Assembly (NCBI RefSeq): GCF_964355755.1
Contig: NC_092680.1
Location: 12,967,045-13,031,044 of the forward strand
From: Antedon mediterranea
Lineage: Eukaryota; Animalia; Echinodermata
Length of the DNA stretch: 64,000 nucleotides
Direction: 5' to 3'
Shown here in pieces: positions 1-12,662 of the stretch (position 1 is the stretch's first letter; the number at the start of each line of letters is the position of its first letter). A model generated the notes under the pieces. It did no database searches and was not told where the DNA came from. It saw only the letters and a list, made by a program, of their open reading frames with translations. The translations under genes were made by a program, and so were the position numbers.

Positions 1-309
1 TCTGAAGTAAATAGAGGCATAAATGGCGCTCCGTAGAAAAGTAGAGAATGCTCCGTCGTCAGAAATGACGCTCTGAATATAGAAATTGTCATACTCTCTC
101 ATCATGAGTTTTATTACTACTATTTTCAATTTGTATACATTTACTATTGTTATATAAATTAAAAGAAGTTAATTCATTTATTGTTTTGATCCTTTATTAT
201 TTAAATTTGTATTAATAAAATATAGTCTTTTTTAAGCCCATTATTAATTTATTTATATATATATATTAATTATGTTTAACCTTTGCCCTAAGGAGCCAAG
301 AATAACAAT

Positions 310-2790
310 ATGGCTGACATCAAACAAGAGATACGAGCAATCGCGAAATATTTCAATTTCGGGAATGTCAAAGTGAATATAAATAGTGAAACAAAGGTAA
401 CACCCATTATATTTATTAGATATATTAATTAAATGCTTATCCATACACTATGATTGACCTAGGCCTAGCTAGGCTAGTTTATCAGGTGTAGTAGCGTCGT
501 CGGGCGGGCTAGCTAGGGCCAGGCAGTGAGTGGCTGGTCTACTGTACTACCACTAGGCCTAGCCTAGGCCCACTCGGCTGCGCAAAACAAAATAATGATG
601 TTTTATTTTGTATGTACCTAGGCACCTATTCTACATGAAGATGGCAAAATTCTGACAGGAATGAGCACTATATTACAATATCTTGCTCAACGTGACATAT
701 CAGGACAAACTGCAGAGAATACAGCTGGAATAAGGCAGTGGCTGGAATACAGAGCAACTGATATTGATAGGTGTGATAATGAAAAAGATAGTTATCTTGT
801 TTTAAAGGTCTGATCATCTTTGCATTTTTGGCCAATTAATACAGAAATTATGTATTTTATTTATTTTTATTTGAACCATATTTAATGATGAGGGTGATCC
901 ATCCAGCAATTGCTGATCATTTGGGACCCTCAGTCAGTACAATACACAAAATACAACAATAACAATATTAAGTATGTATGTTTTAAACCATTTTTTTGCT
1001 TTTCTCCGTGGTAAATATTGTAAGTGAAAGATAACATTCATTGGTCTAAAATTCTAAATTTCTATTTTGTAGGAATTGAATCTGTACTTATCTACTAAAA
1101 CTTATTTTGTTGGGAACTGTCTTACAATTGCCGATCTCTGTATTTACCATGGACTACATTCAGTATTGGTAAGATCCACAATCTCTACTTTAATTATTTC
1201 TTCTTCCAAGTTAGATTTCTCTGTTACTTAATCTTTCATTCATCTTCTATTGTTTCTTTTTTTCCTTAGAGTCATCTTACATATCAAGAAAAAGAGAAAT
1301 ATAATCATGTATCTAGGTGGTTTCAGTTTGTGAGTAGAATCATGATTTATATCATAACTAATAATAAATGAAAGTATTCATTCATATATACAGGGTTCTC
1401 ACCACGCCGGTCGGCACCGGTCGGCCCCGTCCGGCACTCAGAATTTCCGACCGGCACAAACAGGCTCCCGACCGGCACAAATTATTAGATCTAAGACCTA
1501 GCCTAGCTAGGCCTAGACAAAATACCTTGTCCTTAACCTTAAAAAAGCCAAATATGTGCTATTATCTAACATAACAAAACAATAGCCTTTCAGTTCACCC
1601 CTTTGTCTCGCAAACAAATAAAACGTCGATCAATACAATACAAAGCCCAACGAATCTTGTTAGGGTGGTGTTTATGGCCGATCGGGCACACCACGTACAA
1701 GTGGCTTGACGCAAATACAGTACTGGCAAATAGCTAAAAATCTACACAGTACACGTGCGTGAAGTGTTTGTGTCGACCGATCTCTTGATGAATGCGAAAT
1801 TAAATAATTAGAAAATAAATAATGAAATTATGCTATATTTATCTCATTACATGCACATTATTAGTATATTATTTATTAAAGTTGTTTCCAGTTAGTTACT
1901 GCCGGCACTCTAAATTGTCAGAGGACGGCTCCTTTTAAGCCTCCTAGCAACAACATGGTACATTAAGGGATCGTATCATTGAGACTTTAACAGGCATATT
2001 CACCATCATGTGGTGTTTAGTTAACAAACTGTTTTATAAGTTGTTTTATGACTGTGTAATTTGGTAGTAGTCACTCTCATACTGTAGGCCTACATTTAAA
2101 AGTAACACATCCAAATGCCAACTTCAAGTCAATGGCTACCAGATGTATCTGTGAGACGGTTATTTGAACCAGTACCAGTAAACCATGGAATTAAGATGAT
2201 CCCTGAATTCACTCAACCATTGCATCATGCACTTGTGTGAGCTGCTTGCTTCTATCAAGCTGGCCGGCTGGGCGCGCACAGTGCGATACCTGTGTAGGGG
2301 GGAAATACCCTGTTATGTCAAGCAAACAACTATGCTCTGTGTACGGGTTCAGCAGTTATCAAATAGAATTGATCTTGTAAATGTTAGTGTTAGGTTTTTA
2401 TATTTTAGTTAATTTTGCTTTGCTTTTTGCATAACATATAGGCCTAGGCTAGCTAGGGAGGCTAGGCCTAGGTTAGCAAGCTAGCTAGACACTAGAAAAT
2501 GCAACATTACATAAATACATACTAGTCTATTGAAAAATAAAAACAAAACAAAAATTTTGAATCAACTTTATATTTGGGGGGGGGGGGAGACTGAAGTCGT
2601 AACCCCCCCCCCCCCCCCCCCCGGATTTAATCGCCGACCGGCACTTCTGACATGCTGGTGAGAACCCTGTATATATGCATTAATTTATTAAATTAATTTT
2701 TTTTATTAACAGATCCAATGTCAGCCGCAATACACTTCAAACTTGCCAAGTATTCCATTCCAGTCACAAGCTCTATATTCAGTTGCATGA
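310..2790 (+). CDS. EEF1E1: Eukaryotic translation elongation factor 1 epsilon-1 / AIMP3 (p18), GST-C-like fold; 5 coding exons, 168 aa
   Basis: Exons 310-396, 622-807, 1073-1168, 1270-1329 and 2713-2790 are all GT-AG and phase 0. They translate to MADIKQEIRAIAKYFNFG...APILHEDGKILTGMSTILQYLA...IRQWLEYRATDID...ELNLYLSTKTYFVGNCLTIADLCIYHGLH...LTYQEKEKYNHVSRWFQFIQ..., matching the AIMP3 motifs QWLEYR, LNxYLxxKxY, TxADxxxYxGLH and QEKEKYxxVSRWF. Confidence 0.93.
1391..2669. mobile_element. Non-autonomous TIR DNA transposon (MITE-like) in EEF1E1 intron 4
   Basis: 14-bp TIR CAGGGTTCTCACCA ... TGGTGAGAACCCTG, subterminal CCGACCGGCAC repeats at both ends, inserted in a (TA)n tract. No transposase ORF. 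Confidence 0.8.
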
Positions 2791-4692
2791 AAAACATATT
2801 TAACAAATTTTTAGTTGAATTTTAATTGAAATACAAATACAGTATAAACAAAAAGAGTATCGGATCGTCTCCATGGTCTACACTGCTGGCTGCTGTGGGT
2901 CCGTAGAAGACCTGATCCGAATTTCCAGTAAAATATTATGGACGATAATAATAATACCTTTACCTTTAAACACAAGCACAATCAAAGCATACATATTCAA
3001 TATTGTATACAGTTCTGTCTAGTGTAATAAAATGTGTTGTAGTTAAGGTACATGAATGTCAGTAGCTATGTGTTTGTTGTCAATTATTATTACAAGATAA
3101 TTTAAATTGAAATAATAAGAAGTATCGTCAACGTTATTGTAGTAGTAAAAAAGAAGTGTTGTCTCGTGCTTGATTTGTGTTTGGTCTTGCTCTGTCAATA
3201 AACATTTCGATTTATTTATTCAATATTCAATAAATAAATATTCAATAAATGTTCTCCACACATATATTAAAAATACATAAAATAATAATTATATAAAGAC
3301 TTGTTATTATAACCAATAAAAAAATGAAACCGATATAAGTTAAAAAAACTTTACGCCTAGAGGCTCCCAGAAAAAAAATAATAAAAAAGTTGGGAAGAAG
3401 ATAAACATTCAAATGAATTGCTTGTGTCATTCTCCAATAAATCCTTTACTTATAATGTTCTACTTTTTTAACGTAAACAGAGATTAAAGCAAGACTTCCT
3501 TGCGAGTCTCCACCATGTGTGAATATATAACTAAAATAGTGTGATTTTAAACAATCGCGCGTAGGTGACGTAACTTACTATTTTTTGCGTACTTCTTTTA
3601 ATGGAGTCTTTCGTGTACTAAGGTTTAGCCTACCTATGGTGAACGTCTGTTCAGTACCGTATAGTTACGTTACGTAATTGCTAACAGACACACTAACAAA
3701 AAAGACAGATTGCATGAACTCCTTGGCAGAATAATATATTGATATAAAAATAAATAAATATTGATCGTTTTGTTGTAATAATATAGAAGAAAGAAAACAG
3801 TAAATGCAGTAATAATTCTTTATTCGTATTTCAACACAATATTATAAATTTACGGTATGTAAAATAAAAATATTATTTATACCATTTCATTCAAAATTAG
3901 TGTTTAATTGAATGTTTCCATTCGAATGATTTGTATTTTTATCATTTTACCTGTAATTCGACTTTTAGGATTACATTTTAGCCTGTCACCAATTTTGATT
4001 ATCAAATCAATTCCCTATAAATCTATGTGATAAATTCGAATACTTTAAGAAAACATTACATATTTGTATAATTATTTTATTTTGTCATTCTGAATAATAA
4101 ATTCAATATCACGTGAGGTGGACAGCATACAATGCATTTACTTCATTGCATAGTTAAACATAGCCTTCCTTATGTTGATGAACAAAACCATTAGGTATTT
4201 TAGCAAAATATAAAAGTACAGTCACATTTCATGAGTACAAAATATAATAGCAATACATTCGGTGGATAAATGAGATACAAAAACGCAATGCGAGTATCTG
4301 TTAGAAACCAATGGAATGTTTTTATGTTGGAATTTTGGATATGGCTACCCGGTGGAATGTTTTCTATTCTGTCTGAATATTGGAATTTTCTAAACTAGAA
4401 AAGCAAATTTGAAATGTAAAAGAAGTAATTTAAACCGTATACGACAAACAAACGCCGCAAAAGTGACGAAATAATATATGGTACAGCATTCTAATGTGCG
4501 CTCTTTCTCTCTATAGCTGAAAACGTGACAACAACTAATTTTTAAAACCAAATCGAACACACCTAAATGCTAATAGACTAAACCTTTTTTAATCGTTATT
4601 ATTGTTTTTTTTACCATATTGTGGGAGCAACCGAATGACCATATGAGCACCGTTTGGTTTTTGATCGTTACATGTTGATTATTACCAAATTG

Positions 4693-4882
4693 AATTGATG
4701 ACGCGTCAAGTGTGTTAAATTTATGACGTGTCATGTGTTTTCAATTTATGACGCGTCATGTGTGTTCAAATTATGACGCGTCAAGTGTGTTAATTTATGA
4801 CGCGTCATATGTGTTCAATTTATGACGTGTCACGTGTGTTCAATTTATGACGCGTCATGTGTGTTCAACTTATGACGCGTCG
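4693..4882. repeat. Minisatellite, 8 copies of a ~25-bp unit with palindromic core TGACGCGTCA
   Basis: The unit AATTTATGACGCGTCATGTGTGTTC recurs with its core at ~4698, 4723, 4748, 4773, 4797, 4822, 4847 and 4872. Confidence 0.9.
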
Positions 4883-5489
4883 ACTTTGTTCTTTTTTCGC
4901 GTATGAATAACGCATTTTTTTTTAACCTGCTTCTTATATAAAAATATAATAACTAATCGATATAGTTATATTATTTACATATAATATATTTATCAAAAAG
5001 TGTATTTACAATATTAAAATCTGGTTAACATCAAAAGCATTGTGTGCTTAGAGACCAGTGGTCTATAGAACTTAAACGTTTAACCAGCCCCATCAAATTA
5101 CTTTACGATTGATTTGATCTTATTTGGCATACAGTGTATAACAGTAGGCCTAATAATACTTAAAATAGGCCTACACGATTTATAAAACTTCAATCAAAAG
5201 TTTTTACTAGTAGGCCCTATTATAGAAAATCTGAAGTTAGTTCACAAAAAAAACAGAGAAACACATCTGGATACTGAGGAAGATTATTTTCTTATTGAAG
5301 ATTAGAAAGTAAAAACATGCACTGTCACTCCTTGGATTTGTAAAATACTGATAATTTTAATTTTTTTATAAAGAGTTTTCAAATAACGATATTCTAAGGA
5401 TAACTTTTTAAGTTAATTTCTTTACATTAATCGAATTTTCAAGCTAGGAAGACAGTGGTGCATCTTTAAAAACACTTTGTTCAGGCGAG

Positions 5490-5715
5490 ACACATCATTT
5501 ATTTTCGTTCCACGATCTAATCGGAAAGCTGGTGACAATGCTTTTTCTGTCGCCGCTTCGCGGATCTGGAACCTGTCGATTTGAGAGGAGCGAATTCGGC
5601 ACCTCTATTTAAACGTCAACTTAAAACTTCTCTTTTTAATTAATTACTAAGTATTGTTAGGCGCTCTGTTCTGTGTAGGGCGCCATATAAAAACCTGTAC
5701 AGAATAGAATAATAC
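5490..5715 (+). mobile_element. 3' terminal fragment of an L2/CR1-type LINE, antisense within the gene A 3' UTR
   Basis: Translates to AGDNAFSVAASRIWN...FKRQLKTSLF, typical of an ORF2 C-terminus. It is followed by a GGCGC..GCGCC stem and an (AGAAT)n-like tail. Confidence 0.6.
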
Positions 5716-5718
5716 AAT

Positions 5719-8700
5719 TTATACGGCTTCAATTTCTTCACCATAACCCTCATCCGAACCCGTAGTATGAGATCCAAAAGGCGAAATATTATTTAAGGGT
5801 TTTGGAGAATTATTCGACGCAGGACGATTTTGTTTAAAGCTATCTAGTTGTCTTTTTAGTTTCTTCATTTCAAGATGTTTTCTGTCTACCTGCGCGTATA
5901 CTGCATCGTTATCTGCAACTTCCGTGTTCTTGGCTACGTCTGCATCAGTACTGCTGAGTTTGTTGACAGGATCTTTTCTTGTTTCTGCAACTACGTCATC
6001 ACCACTGCCGAGTTTGTTGTCATGATCTTTTCTTGCAGCTACGTCACCATTGAGCTCTTCCATAGATTGGTACAACCCATCCGCTGAAATGTTATCCCCG
6101 ATCGCTATTTTCTTTAACTTTTCATTTACATCATCATCTTGACGCTCTTTTACGATTTTCAGCTCGATGTCTTTTGGTTCCCCAACTCCCTTTTTCTTCT
6201 TCAGTTTGCTAGAGTTTTTCTGCTTAGACTTATCAGCAGATTTCTTCACCTTTGAGTTTTTCTTGGATCCTTTATTTTTCTTGTCTTTACTTGATTTCTG
6301 GTTAAATCCAATCTCTACGTCATTATCATTATCATGAAGCACCTCTATAGAAACCATTCGATTGTTGCCTGCAGTCTCGTCTATGTCGTAGCCCCCAACA
6401 GCCCCTACATTCTCATCAGCATCTATAAACATCCCGTCATTACTATACCCACCGCTAACAGCGTTGATCATTTCAATTTCGTCTTTTTGTTCATGATATT
6501 TGAAATCATTAGATGTTGATGTGCCGTCTACTGCTGTGATCTCAATTACTCTGCCGCCATTTTCTCTATCCTTTCGTCTGTAACCATCCTGATCTGTACC
6601 AGGCATGCCAGAATCATGCGTGACGTAATCATTTGAATCCATATACATTGCACCCTGTGAGCTACTTCTACGCTTCTTATATCTGTGATAGAAAAACAAT
6701 TGTTTTGTTTCAAAATTGAAGTAGGTTCTTTTATTCCCAGAGACTTTATTTATTTAATATTATTGTTTGTATTAAAACAATTAATTATTATAAATTAATT
6801 GAATTGTTACTTCTCCAAATACTAATAATTGATATGTTGGAAAATATACCATGATAGTAAATAAAAATGTACTACTGTACTACAATACTATATTGCACTA
6901 ATTTATCCTATCAAGAACTACTCAATTATAACATATAACACATAATATAAGATGTACAATAGATAGACGTATAGAGTTAATCAAACTATTCCATTTTATA
7001 TATTTTATTTTTCGTGCTTTTTTGTGTTTAGTAGTATGTCAAACATCAAATTTCCATTTTTTATTTTTTTATGATATTGGAAAATACAAGTTTTTGAATT
7101 TTGAATTTTTTTAAAATTTTGAATCAACCTCCTTTGTATGGACCTGAAATTATCAGTGAATTTTGTGGTGTTAAGAAAAATAGGACACAAAGAATACGAA
7201 TATTTATAGTTGAGAGGTTTTCAAATGAACACAATTTAGAAAAATTAACTTGGCATAAAAATATGTGTTTATCTTCAAATGTTATCAATGAATACAGTAT
7301 GTGATATGGCGGGAATTATGTGACAGAATATGATTTACCTTCTTATAATAATGGAGAAGAGAATAATAGAAACAATAACCAGGAAGACCATCAAAGCAAC
7401 AGCGACAGAAAGAGAAACTACATCTGAAAAGAAGATATGGTTTGATAAAAAATCATTGATAACATATATTGAACATTCTAATTGCTGATTGTTATCATCG
7501 AGGTTACATCCCCTTTCTCTTCTTCGTTCACACTAACCTACTTCACCCTGCACTAACAACCGCCCCCTCCCCCCCCCCCCTCTACAAAACACACACACAT
7601 CACTTTTTATCTTGTCGGTTGCAGTTTTTTTAGCTTCTTACCAAGTTCACATTTCGCCGCCTCCTTTCCTGGTGCAGGAGTTGGTGTACTACATTCTACT
7701 CTGTTGTAGCCCGTATTACATGTCACTTCACCCTTACTATTTCTTTCTCCGTGTTTGACTTCTTCTGGACAATCATCTGAAGTAGAAGGAAGAAAATGCA
7801 AGTTTTTGTAAACATAGTTGCATGTATCTATATATAAATTATGGTTAATTCTGACATAGGCGAGCACAATGCAAAAACTTCGGTACAAATCTCCGCCTTG
7901 GATATACCTACCTTATCTATCTCAAAATGTACCGCGAAACGTAGATTTGATAACATTAGTTTTCACATCGACGCTATTGTTCCATATTTCTATCTTAGGA
8001 AGATATTATAAAGGGTTTTATAAGAAATTTTCTGATTTCAATCGGTAAATTTTAACTCTACGCGTGGTAGAAGTAATTTCCGGGTTCACGGAAGGTGTTG
8101 GTTTCAATCAGGGAGTTGTATACTAAGTTGGCCGTTGGTGCTTGGTGGCGATAGCCATTTTGTTTTTTTGTTTATTTTCGGACCGCGCGTTTGAAAGTAT
8201 AGTAGTACATAAAGATCACATTAAATACATTCATGAAACATAGGAGTAAATTGTGGGAAATAATTATATAAAATTACATTACATCAAGAGAATTGATGAT
8301 AATAGCTTTTGTTTTGAAATCGAATGAAACCCCGATAGCCGAGTTGTTGAGTAAGCTGCCAGGACTTTATGTATACTTGCGCTATCTGTGTCCCGTCAGG
8401 ACCCTGGGATACTTCTGCCTATGTTGCAAGCCGTCTAAACGTCTTCCTTCTTAGGCCACTGTGTCGCGGAATAATGTATTCATTATACCAATTAGGATGG
8501 TATTTATTTGAATAAACGCCCGGAACACCTCCCCAGTAAAACTTCAATTAAAATAATTATCTCGCTACTCACCCCCCCCCCACCCCCAAATACATCTAAT
8601 AAACGCCCATCCACATTTCTACACACAATATTGCATTATATTTATAACACAATTATACTATTTTTAGTAGATTTCTTCGGACTGTTATCTACAATTTACC

Positions 8701-11700
8701 AAGCATTTGATATTCTTTTTTACCACTTTTCATATCTACAATAAACACTATAGGCCTACGCCTAAAACGCTATTAATCATCTAAGACACTTAGGTTAGTG
8801 AGTACGTTTAGTTTTACGAATATCAAAAGCATTTAAATAATGGTAACCGACCGAAATTGTCCAGGCCAGAATGTCCTTCTAAAACTTTTTACGTCCCGAG
8901 TCATTATCATTCCGGGAACCATCGTCTACACTTCCTAGAGGGGGAGCGAGCGAAGCGAGCTCACCCTCTAGTTATAATAATGACACCATCGTCATAATAA
9001 TATGTATAAAGTAAACAATATCTGTAGGCCTACTGTATGGAAATAAAAGTGGGACGGACCCACCCACGTAAGACAAAAAAAGAAAACAATCTAATAAACC
9101 TATCATATATTTTGTTGATAGTTGTTTACAGAATCAAATGCATTTCTTTTGTTTTGTATTAGGCCTTATGAACAGTTTGTGTAAAATAAAAGTTGAATTG
9201 AATTGAGGCTTATACTGTATAATCAAATATAAATTCAAATGAAACGTTTTTCATATTTTTTAATTACAGAAAAAAAGAGGCAAAAAAATGGTTAGTATAT
9301 CAAAGCAGGGAAGAGTTAAATTTAACTCTTCCCTGATCAAAGTAATATGTTATTTTATCAGGAAGTTACATTTAAACTAATCACTTTGTGACATTCTGAC
9401 AGTGTAATAAAGGTGTGCCTTTAACAACAGAAATACTTCGCATGACCTAGTGACAAATCAGCCGTAGACATACCATAACATATTCTTCTGTAGTGTTTTG
9501 TGTAAAAGGTTTTCAAATTCTATAACATCCATAAATAGCACAATGATAAAATAGGCATATTGTTGGAACGAGTCATGATACAAACTTCAAAACACATGTC
9601 GAATAATAAAAGAGTATCAGTCGTTCGTCGAATAATAAAAGAGTATCAGTCGAGGAGAAAATTAATTTAAAAAAGAATACTGAAATCGTGAAACGTATAA
9701 AAGACCAATTTGTAACAAGCACGTGATACGTCATCAATATTCAAAAGTTTCAGCACGTCGTCCTCGGTCTTAAAGTAGTATAGAACAACAAATTAAATTT
9801 TAAATAAACTTTTTTTATGTTGTTATGTTTGTATTGTAAAATCCGGAATAAATTGAATTGAAATTTAATTATTTACAGTTACTAAAAAAAGGAATTATTC
9901 AACTAATTTGTCTGTTTGTTTGTTTGGCATGATGAACAAAAGGTAATATTTTATAAAGGATTTGACGTGCCTCTTTACGAATGTTGATAAAACAAGTATA
10001 TTAACAATGTTAACAAATAAAATACATGAATGATAAAATCGCGTTAAAATAGGCATAATGGATATAAAAATGAATATAAGAAATGGTAACTAATAGGTAC
10101 CGAAGTAGGCTTACAGTGGCGTTTATTAGTTATGATCATATACAATTTTTTTTTTAAATATATGACTAAAAATAAGCCTTGAGTTGAACCGAAAACTGTG
10201 GAATTTGGTGGAGCAGGTGGAAATGAGATAAATTTCGATTTTATCAGCAGAACTCAAGCGAACATATTATAGATATTAACTGCGAAAACTTGAATTCGTC
10301 TTGTGGATAATAAATTCAGAGCAAATAAATTAATGTGTGATTCATGCATAATGTAAGTAGGTCAATATATAAAATTAATCAATCGCCATTGTAAAAACGA
10401 CAAAGACTATGATTGACAAATAAGAACATAATACTGATGACAATACAACCAAAGAAAATGAATTTCTGGAGATACAATTGCAGTATCCTCAATCACCTAA
10501 TTGACGATGTAGGCCTTATCCTATTCAAACCGTTTTTTTGGTTATATTTTTGTTTTTTATGTATGTTTTGACGTATTGTATTTTCTGTTGCCACTTTCAG
10601 CACAAGCTCTGCTTCTTGAAATGTGTGCCTCCTTCTTGTTGTATAGGCCTATTGTAAGAAATTGTATTTATGTTTGTTTAAGAATGAAGGAAATAAATGT
10701 TATTTTGATTTATTGATAGATTCAAAATTTTGATATTTTGTGTATGAATGATCACGTGAGGCATAACATCATATTAATTTCAATTTCTACATTAATATCC
10801 GAGGACTGAATATCAGATCATGAGACGACGACGGACGAATAGCAATAGATAGTATCAATAGACATATTATTTATAATTAGTATTATTATTTTATTCTGAA
10901 GATGTGGCCTTCAAGTTAAAACGTAGGCTTACAAAAGAGGAAACCAAACATTGATTCATGAGATTCATTAATTGTACATTATATTTAATATTAATAATAA
11001 GAATGAAGATTTCTAGAGCGCACTTCGCCACTAAAGGTGCTCAATTCTTTTGAATGCTTATAATATGCAATCACCTCAGATTAAATGCACAATAAAATTG
11101 CGAATTTAAAATGGAAAGAATTAGGCCTGTTAGGTCTTTTTTTTGTAATTTGTATATTTTATTTTAAAATGTGTGGAGAAACTAATAAAACAAACTAACA
11201 AAGGCCTATGACCATGTCTAAGCCTGGCAAAAAAGATGAGTTTTTAATAATTTTTTAAACGAATCCAAGTTAGTATATTGGCAACAATATTTAATATTGT
11301 TTCATTATTCATATTATTACTATTAGAGATTCACTGCTTGCAATTTGATTGGTTTGTTCATAGAACTATTCAAATTTACAAATCCGTAGATTTCTAAACA
11401 GTTCGATATTGGAATAAGTTATTATTTCCTGGTCACTCAACAAAGGCTATTTTCCAACACTTGAATTATGTTGTGGAACAAAAATAGTGAGTGTTGGTAG
11501 GCATAAAATGCAAATATGTATATATGCATATATTTTATGGCCTGTCATTTTTAATTGCTCTTTTTTATTTTATTTATTTCATGGATTACTTTTATTTTTA
11601 TGTGAAGCGCATAGAGGCTTTATGCATTATGCGCTTAAAATAAAAGTCCAAATTTAATATTTTGAAATAAAGAACACTAACCATAATATTGATAGGGGCC

Positions 11701-12662
11701 TTCTGTATTTCACTACTTTCAGAATTTAAATTTTTGTTGCCATTTTAGGCAATCATAAGTTGGGCACGCAAGTAGGCCCTACAATTCTCTTTTTTTTTTT
11801 TCAATGGATGAATAATTAATATTAGGTTTGTTTTTCCCCAACATTACTGTGTATACTGTCTATATTAATATACACAGTATGGAGTGTACAACGATCGCAT
11901 GCAGAGAGTAGGCGGACAATGAAATAGGTGATTCTAAATTAATCCTCCAGATCCGAATGGAATAATTAAAGCTTGGTTACTAGGGGACGAATAGATCAAA
12001 TCATAAAGATAATATTATAGTGGGCCCTATATATATATAAACCCGAAGGCAATTTAGGCCTACTGAAAATAAAATAAAATTTATATACAGGTACTGTATA
12101 TTAACTAATCACTTTTTGCGTGCACATCGTATGTCGTGGAAGAATACTTAAATCCAAATTTGTATCCGAGAAAATCCGAATCCGGGAATCTGTAAGTGGT
12201 CTAATTATTCAGGAAAAAATGTTTTAGATGTTTATTTTATAATATTATAGTTCATTGTCATCTATAAAGTATGGCCTGTCAATTGATTGATATTATTAAT
12301 ATTATTTTTTCCAAATCCATTCAACTATTATTATAAAGGCCCCTTTGGGGATGAAACCATATTTTCCATCATACATCATATGAGAAATGAAACAGAACGT
12401 TCAAATTGAACGTTGAAATCTACGAGAGTGAAACAAGTTTACCGTATAAACCTGTTCATGGTTTTACCAATGCACAGCGCTTTAGTACCGGTTGGCCGTC
12501 ATAGATCATGTACGATGAAATTCAATATATAAAATCTCCATTAAAAAAATACAAATTTCAATACAATATAAATGTATTATCCTTACCGTTTGCAAATACT
12601 ACCGCTACATTTAGTATGGAAATCATCAGAAACCCCCAGACTACTGGGTTTCGGGTGTTCAT
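5719..12662 (-). CDS. Gene A: type I membrane protein (signal peptide, short sushi/CCP-like 4-Cys module, TM, ~320-aa cytoplasmic tail with tyrosine motifs); 4 exons, 419 aa
   Basis: Minus-strand exons: 12587-12662 (MNTRNPVVWGFLMISILNVAVVFAN, phase 1); 7642-7776 (DDCPEEVKHG...VTCNTGYNRVECST...AKCEL, phase 1-1); 7339-7423 (DVVSLSVAVALMVFLVIVSIILFSIIIRR, TM); 5719-6682 (YKKRRSSS...GYGEEIEAV*). All are GT-AG and the phases join in frame (1260 nt). Confidence 0.8.
7916..8971 (+). mobile_element. Possible non-autonomous Helitron (copy at 15651-16706)
   Basis: 3' hairpin CTAGAGGGGGAGCGAGCGAAGCGAGCTCACCCTCTAG ends in CTAG|T, the typical Helitron end. The candidate A|TC 5' end at 7916 is tentative. 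Confidence 0.45.
9306..9335. mobile_element. 30-bp perfect palindrome flanked by a 7-bp direct repeat (TIR-only mini-element); copy at 17041-17070
   Basis: ATCAAAG|CAGGGAAGAGTTAAA-TTTAACTCTTCCCTG|ATCAAAG. Confidence 0.7.

Noticed and set aside
4693-4882. CRISPR-like look of regularly spaced palindromes
   Set aside because: The intervening sequences are repeats too (no unique spacers), there are no cas genes, and the context is eukaryotic.
9598-9652. Short direct repeat GTCGAATAATAAAAGAGTATCAGTCG x2
   Set aside because: Ordinary intronic micro-duplication with no further structure.
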